Origin: a virus
Lineage: Duplodnaviria > Caudoviricetes
Length of the DNA stretch: 30,380 bases
Strand: one strand, 5' to 3'
Virus record (IMG/VR): IMGVR_UViG_3300027804_000165
Coordinates: 1 to 30,380 of that record
A model generated the notes under the pieces. The model worked only from the letters and a program-made list of their open reading frames with translations. It made no database searches and was not told where the DNA came from. A program made the translations under genes and the position numbers. This document shows, one piece after another, positions 25,931-30,380 of this stretch (positions within the stretch are counted from its first letter, which is position 1; each line of letters opens with the position of its first letter).

Positions 25931-26240
25931 GAAACAGCCGTATGTTTTAATTGGTCTATATGAGTCTCTTTATCTAGAGAAGTATAAGAAAAAGCCACGT
26001 ATTAATAAATTTCGTGAAAAGTGGGCTATGCAAGATGTAATAGATAGTGTAGGATATGATCGTGCAGTTGAACTGCTTGTTTATTATTTTAAAACTAGTA
26101 AGTCTGGGCACCCTCTTAATTTCTTCTTTTATAATTTTGACAAAATTGACTATCTAAAAGCAGAGATTGAAAAAGATATTACAAACCGTCGTGTTCTCAG
26201 GGAAGCGACTAAGAAAATGGTAGAGGGCGGAGAAGAATGA
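25920..26240 (+). CDS. Hypothetical protein coupled to helicase
   Basis: 106 aa with an ATGA overlap to the helicase. A replication accessory role is inferred from position only. Confidence 0.7.
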   Translation: MANEKQPYVLIGLYESLYLEKYKKKPRINKFREKWAMQDVIDSVGYDRAVELLVYYFKTSKSGHPLNFFFYNFDKIDYLKAEIEKDITNRRVLREATKKMVEGGEE

Positions 26241-27487
26241 ATACAGAAGCAGAGCTAATATCTGCAGTGTGCAAGAATAAGGATATCAGCACCCTCCTTG
26301 CCGATAACGTAGACGAGATCTTTACATCGCATCGTGATATATGGGACTCATTAAAGTCTTACTATTATAAATTTAAAGCTGTGCCAGAAGTTGGTATTCT
26401 GGTGGAAAGATTTAAAGACTTTGAGCCAGTAACAACTAAAGGAGAAACAGGGTATTATTTAGACAAGCTAAAGAATGAATATCTTTCTAGTAAGTTAAAG
26501 TCTATTCTGATTCAGTCTGGTTCAGCACTAAAAGAAGATGCAGCTTCTCGTGTTCTTTCAGAAATGCAAAGCAAGTTAGCTTCTCTATCTAAGTTTACTA
26601 ATCATGTTCGTGACGTGGATGTTACAGACTTGGAGTCAGCAGAAAATCATTTCCTTTCAGTTAAAGAACGTTCTGCAGTAATGGGAGGAAGCCCAGGAAT
26701 TCTTACAGGTTTTGAAGCTATTGATAAAGCATATCCAACAGGCATGGCTCCAGGACATTTAATTGTTGCTATTGGTTGGCCAGGAAAAGGTAAGACATGG
26801 TTTACTTCTTACTTGGCATGCAAGGCATGGGAGCAAGGCTTTAAGCCAATGATCGTGTCTCTTGAAATGTCTCCTGAGAATATGCGTGATCGTATTTATA
26901 CAATGATGGGGTCTGGATTATTTAAAGCCTCTGATTTCTCAAAGGGAGATGTGGATGTTGATACATTTAAAGCTTGGGGTCAAAAAAAGTTTGCTGGGAA
27001 AAACTCATTCATACTGGTATCAAATGAGGGAACGGCAGAAGTAACACCTGCAACTATTCAGGGTAAGATTGACCAACATAAACCAGACTTGGTTATTTTA
27101 GATTATCATCAGTTATTTAATGATAATAAACGAAGCAATTCTGAAGTAGAGCGAAACAGAAATATTTCTCGTGAGTTTAAGTTACTTGCGGTATCAAATA
27201 ACATTCCAGTAATAGATATCACTGCTGCAACTGCAGATGATATTTCAGATCAAGATAATCCGCCGATGATGAGCCAAGTAGCTTGGTCAAAGGCAATTGA
27301 GTATGATGCTGATATGGCAATGGCTATCCATAGGTATCCAGGAACCAATATGATTGAAGTTGTAAGTCGAAAGAATAGACATGGACATGAGTTCGATTTC
27401 TATCTAGACTGGGATATTAATCGTGGTGTCATTACTCCGATTTATGAGAACCTACCAGATATCAATAATGACTCACAGAAAAATTAA
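26237..27487 (+). CDS. dnaB: DnaB-like replicative helicase
   Basis: Walker A GWPGKGKT, SLEMS, Walker B ILDYHQL, 'IEYDAD' and 'KNRHG'. Confidence 0.95.
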   Translation: MNTEAELISAVCKNKDISTLLADNVDEIFTSHRDIWDSLKSYYYKFKAVPEVGILVERFKDFEPVTTKGETGYYLDKLKNEYLSSKLKSILIQSGSALKEDAASRVLSEMQSKLASLSKFTNHVRDVDVTDLESAENHFLSVKERSAVMGGSPGILTGFEAIDKAYPTGMAPGHLIVAIGWPGKGKTWFTSYLACKAWEQGFKPMIVSLEMSPENMRDRIYTMMGSGLFKASDFSKGDVDVDTFKAWGQKKFAGKNSFILVSNEGTAEVTPATIQGKIDQHKPDLVILDYHQLFNDNKRSNSEVERNRNISREFKLLAVSNNIPVIDITAATADDISDQDNPPMMSQVAWSKAIEYDADMAMAIHRYPGTNMIEVVSRKNRHGHEFDFYLDWDINRGVITPIYENLPDINNDSQKN

Positions 27488-27770
27488 AAGATTTCAAATA
27501 GATGTGCAGTTTCAAGACAATTCTCAATTAATTAGCTTGAGACCGCAGTATGAAAACCTATTAATTCAGGACATGAGAGGTAAAGGCTACGTCAGGGTAC
27601 TTGACATAGACCCAGCTTTTTCGGTAGAATTTACAGGCGAGACATGGAAATTCTTAATGAGTATCCATGGTGTTTATGTGGGAAAGAAGAAAGCATGGCA
27701 ATTAGAGGGTATAACACAAGGGAAGTCGATACCACGCACTACACGCCAGCACATATCAAATCAGTCCTAA
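27468..27770 (+). CDS. Hypothetical protein between helicase and primase
   Basis: Likely start ATG 27468 (MTHRKIKRF..., 100 aa). Overlaps both neighbours. Confidence 0.65.
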   Translation: MTHRKIKRFQIDVQFQDNSQLISLRPQYENLLIQDMRGKGYVRVLDIDPAFSVEFTGETWKFLMSIHGVYVGKKKAWQLEGITQGKSIPRTTRQHISNQS

Positions 27771-28693
27771 AATCAATAGGGCTTGATATTGTTGGCGAAA
27801 CTAGCAATGACTTTCTATGCTACTGCCCATTTCATTCTAATAGACACACTTCAAGTTTTAGCGTAAGTCGTGAAAAAGGTGCATTTATTTGTTTTAATCC
27901 AGCATGTGGTGAAGCTGGAACTCTACAAGAATTAGTAAAGCGTGTTATGAGTAAAACAGAGTTTGAAGCAATGCGTTTTATATCTTCTAAAGAAGCAGAA
28001 GTTTTAGAAAATTTTGATGAATTGTTGGCTGAAACAATGGCAGATAAGCCAGTCTTTGAAGAGTTTTCTACTGATACTTTAAATAAACTTCATTTAGTAT
28101 TATTGTCAAACAATAAAGCTCAGGAGTATTTTAAGTCTCGTGGCATAGATTTAGATTCTATTAATTATTTTGAACTGGGATATTCAGAAAATATGAACAT
28201 GGTTACCGTTCCAGTACATTCTCCAGACTCAACCCCAATAGGAATTGTAGGCAGATCTATTGAAGGTAAAGCGTTTAAAAATAGTACTAATCTTCCTAAA
28301 AGCAAAACATTGTTTAATATTCATCGTGCTAAAAAGATTGGCGATCACGTAATAGTTGTAGAGTCCAGTTTTGACGCAATACGTGTACATCAAGCAGGAT
28401 TTCCAAATGTTGTAGCAACACTAGGTGGATTTCTATCAACAGAGCAGCACAATTTATTAAACAGACATTTTAATAAAATAACTATAATGACAGATGCTGA
28501 TAATGCTGGTAGAGAGTTGGGCAAAAGCATAGCAAATAAATTAAAATTCAAAGACCTCTTGTGGGCTTCGTATGAATATGGTAAGATATATCCTCATGAT
28601 GCAAAAGATGCTGGAGATATGACTGATCAAGAAATTAAGGCCTGCATTAAAAATTCTGTATCCGACATGGAATACAGATCTTGGAACTCGTGA
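27695..28693 (+). CDS. dnaG: DnaG-like DNA primase (CHC2 zinc finger plus TOPRIM)
   Basis: 'CPFH...SFSV...FICF..ACG' zinc finger and TOPRIM motifs 'VVESSFDA', 'MTDADNAG', 'KDAGD'. The start is probably ATG 27695 rather than 27644. Confidence 0.93.
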   Translation: MAIRGYNTREVDTTHYTPAHIKSVLKSIGLDIVGETSNDFLCYCPFHSNRHTSSFSVSREKGAFICFNPACGEAGTLQELVKRVMSKTEFEAMRFISSKEAEVLENFDELLAETMADKPVFEEFSTDTLNKLHLVLLSNNKAQEYFKSRGIDLDSINYFELGYSENMNMVTVPVHSPDSTPIGIVGRSIEGKAFKNSTNLPKSKTLFNIHRAKKIGDHVIVVESSFDAIRVHQAGFPNVVATLGGFLSTEQHNLLNRHFNKITIMTDADNAGRELGKSIANKLKFKDLLWASYEYGKIYPHDAKDAGDMTDQEIKACIKNSVSDMEYRSWNS

Positions 28694-28740
28694 TATAATA
28701 AAAAATACAGATGGATATATACCATCAACTATAAAGGAGA
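28691..28740 (+). promoter_or_regulatory. Extended -10 promoter, leader hairpin and SD for SSB gene
   Basis: TGATATAAT (28691-28699), hairpin GATGG-ATATATA-CCATC (28710-28726) and SD AAGGAG. Confidence 0.6.
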
Positions 28741-28745
28741 AATAA

Positions 28746-29417
28746 ATGAGTATAGTAAAGGGTCTAAAAGACCTAAACAAGGCACTAGATAAGCCTACCT
28801 ATAGCGGTGGGGATGAAAATAAAGGTCGCTGGCTAAAGATTGAAGATGGCGAAAGCGTAAAGATTAGATTCCTACAGGAACTAGATCCAGATTCACCAAC
28901 ATATAATGACAAGCTTGGTTGCGGTTTTATTGCACTAGAGCATACAAACCCAAAGGATTACCGTCGCAAGGCTCTAGATACAATGGAGTCAGAGGGTCGT
29001 GACTGGGCAAACGAACAGCATCGCAAGGATCCAAAGGCTGGCTGGAAGGCCAGAACACGCCTATACATTAATGTACTAGTAGACGATGGTAAAGAAGAGC
29101 CATACGTTGCAATTCTTTCACAAGGTACAAGCGGAAAAACAATTACACCTACCTTGATTGAGTACGCTGGCGAGATGGGAAGCATCACAAATTTGATGTG
29201 GAGAATCAAGCGTAATGGTTCTAAAACAGATACAAGTTATACAATTATTCCACTAGCAAAGGACGAGACCCCGTTTGACTTCTCTGCCTTGGAATTGTAT
29301 GACCTAGAAAAAACAGCAGTTCGTCACGTTCCATATGCAGAGCAAGAAGCTTTCTATATGGGAGACGGAACAAATGCTGATGAGTCTTCTGCTACATCTA
29401 GCAGCGTAGACTGGTAA
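28746..29417 (+). CDS. Single-stranded DNA-binding protein (phage gp32-like OB fold)
   Basis: 'WLKIEDGESVKIRFL', 'RLYINV', 'RIKRNGSKTDTSYTIIP' and an acidic tail ending in Trp. Lies between primase and polymerase. Confidence 0.75.
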   Translation: MSIVKGLKDLNKALDKPTYSGGDENKGRWLKIEDGESVKIRFLQELDPDSPTYNDKLGCGFIALEHTNPKDYRRKALDTMESEGRDWANEQHRKDPKAGWKARTRLYINVLVDDGKEEPYVAILSQGTSGKTITPTLIEYAGEMGSITNLMWRIKRNGSKTDTSYTIIPLAKDETPFDFSALELYDLEKTAVRHVPYAEQEAFYMGDGTNADESSATSSSVDW

Positions 29418-29441
29418 TATCAAGTTAAAGGCGGAGAATTA

Positions 29442-30380
29442 ATGTCATTCACACATCTTCATGTGCATTCATACTATTCATTAATGGATGGCCTTAATTC
29501 TCCTGCCGAACTTGTTAAAGCGGCTAAAGATGCTGGACAAACAGCATTAGCAGTTACTGACCACGGAACTTTATCGTCACATCGTGAAATGCAGATTGCA
29601 TGTAAAGAACAAGGCATTAAACCGATCCTTGGAGTTGAAGCCTATATATCACCAACTGATAGATTTGACCGTTCTTCAAAAACAGATAAGTCAATCCAGG
29701 CTTACAATCATATAATTTTATTAGCTAAAAACAAAAAGGGTCTTGAGAATATAAATATTTTGCAAGAGCTGGCATGGAACGAAGGCTTTTATCATAAGCC
29801 ACGTATTGATAGAGAGATTCTTAAAGAGTATGCGGAAGGTATTATTGTATTGTCTGGATGCCTTAATGGTCTTATTTCTAAGTGCATCGAAAAGAATGAG
29901 TTCTCTGAAGCTAAACTTATTCTCAAAGACTTTAAGAAAACTTTCGGTGAAGATTTTTATATTGAGGTTCAGTCTCACAATCCAAAAGAAATAAACGAAG
30001 GATTGCTATCTCTAGCAGATGAGCTTAAAATTAAAGCGGTAGCAACTGGAGATGCACACTTTGCTAAAGAAGAAGATCGTATACTAGAAGAGGCTATGCT
30101 GATTCTATCAACCTCTCCAAAAGCAGATAAAGAGGCAGACTTTGAAATGTCTCGTCAGATGAAAGATATGTTAGATAGATTTAATTATCTTTATCCAGAT
30201 AGAAAGATATCTTTCGTAGACTATAATCTATTTATTCAAACTAGAGCTGAAATTGAGGAAGACTTCAAGAAATCAGGGATTAATCGAACAGATATATTTG
30301 ATAATACTATGGAGATTGCTGAAAAAATTGGAGAATACGATTTTAACAGGGGTCTAGACCTTCTGCCTGTCCCTAAGACC
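29442..30380 (+). CDS. dnaE: DNA polymerase III alpha subunit (PHP domain; 3'-truncated by window)
   Basis: Manual translation from ATG 29442 gives MSFTHLHVHSYYSLMDG...ALAVTDHG...GIKPILGVEAY...HIILLAKN...GFYHKPRID...LSGCLNG...FYIEVQ...VATGDAHF. It runs off the window, so it is absent from the ORF track. Confidence 0.95.
   Translation, partial: MSFTHLHVHSYYSLMDGLNSPAELVKAAKDAGQTALAVTDHGTLSSHREMQIACKEQGIKPILGVEAYISPTDRFDRSSKTDKSIQAYNHIILLAKNKKGLENINILQELAWNEGFYHKPRIDREILKEYAEGIIVLSGCLNGLISKCIEKNEFSEAKLILKDFKKTFGEDFYIEVQSHNPKEINEGLLSLADELKIKAVATGDAHFAKEEDRILEEAMLILSTSPKADKEADFEMSRQMKDMLDRFNYLYPDRKISFVDYNLFIQTRAEIEEDFKKSGINRTDIFDNTMEIAEKIGEYDFNRGLDLLPVPKT

Noticed and set aside
811-29978. All minus-strand ORFs in the ORF track (e.g. 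3162..3539, 18297..18713, 28958..29209)
   Set aside because: They lie antisense to well-supported + strand genes and show no recognisable motifs, so they are treated as shadow ORFs.
1-30380. Alternative genetic code, introns/inteins, tRNAs, lysis genes
   Set aside because: Genes tile densely under the standard code using all three stop codons. Helicase, primase and the visible DnaE part appear uninterrupted, and no tRNA, endolysin or holin was recognised.

Overview
A single-strand (+), gene-dense, AT-rich segment of a large siphovirus-type dsDNA phage, with no RNA genes, CRISPR arrays or mobile elements visible. 1-24222 is the neck/tail morphogenesis region: head-tail adaptor (truncated), stopper, tail completion and terminator genes, major tail protein, a tail assembly chaperone with a clear -1 frameshift (CCCAAAC plus stem-loop), a 2129-aa tape measure protein, Dit, hub, baseplate/fibre proteins and a 1021-aa PKD/FN3 adhesin-like protein. 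24311-30380 is a replication module: metallophosphoesterase, Zn-ribbon, HTH, DnaB helicase, DnaG primase, SSB and a truncated DnaE that is missing from the ORF track. Gene order, leaderless extended -10 promoters and a DnaE-type replisome suggest a phage of low-GC Actinobacteria (inference). The strongest candidate for a new system is at 18316-22996. A putative tail-tip adhesin ends in an 18-Cys domain containing an 11-Thr mucin-like run. It is followed by a separately promoted, translationally coupled three-gene cassette: a chaperone-like protein, a small Cys-rich metal/redox protein and a GT60-type polypeptide GlcNAc-transferase. This looks like a dedicated adhesin folding and O-glycosylation system. 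A second candidate is a tape measure protein that appears to be a polyprotein with internal processing-like motifs flanking a cargo segment. All family calls come from motif recognition by eye, not database searches.
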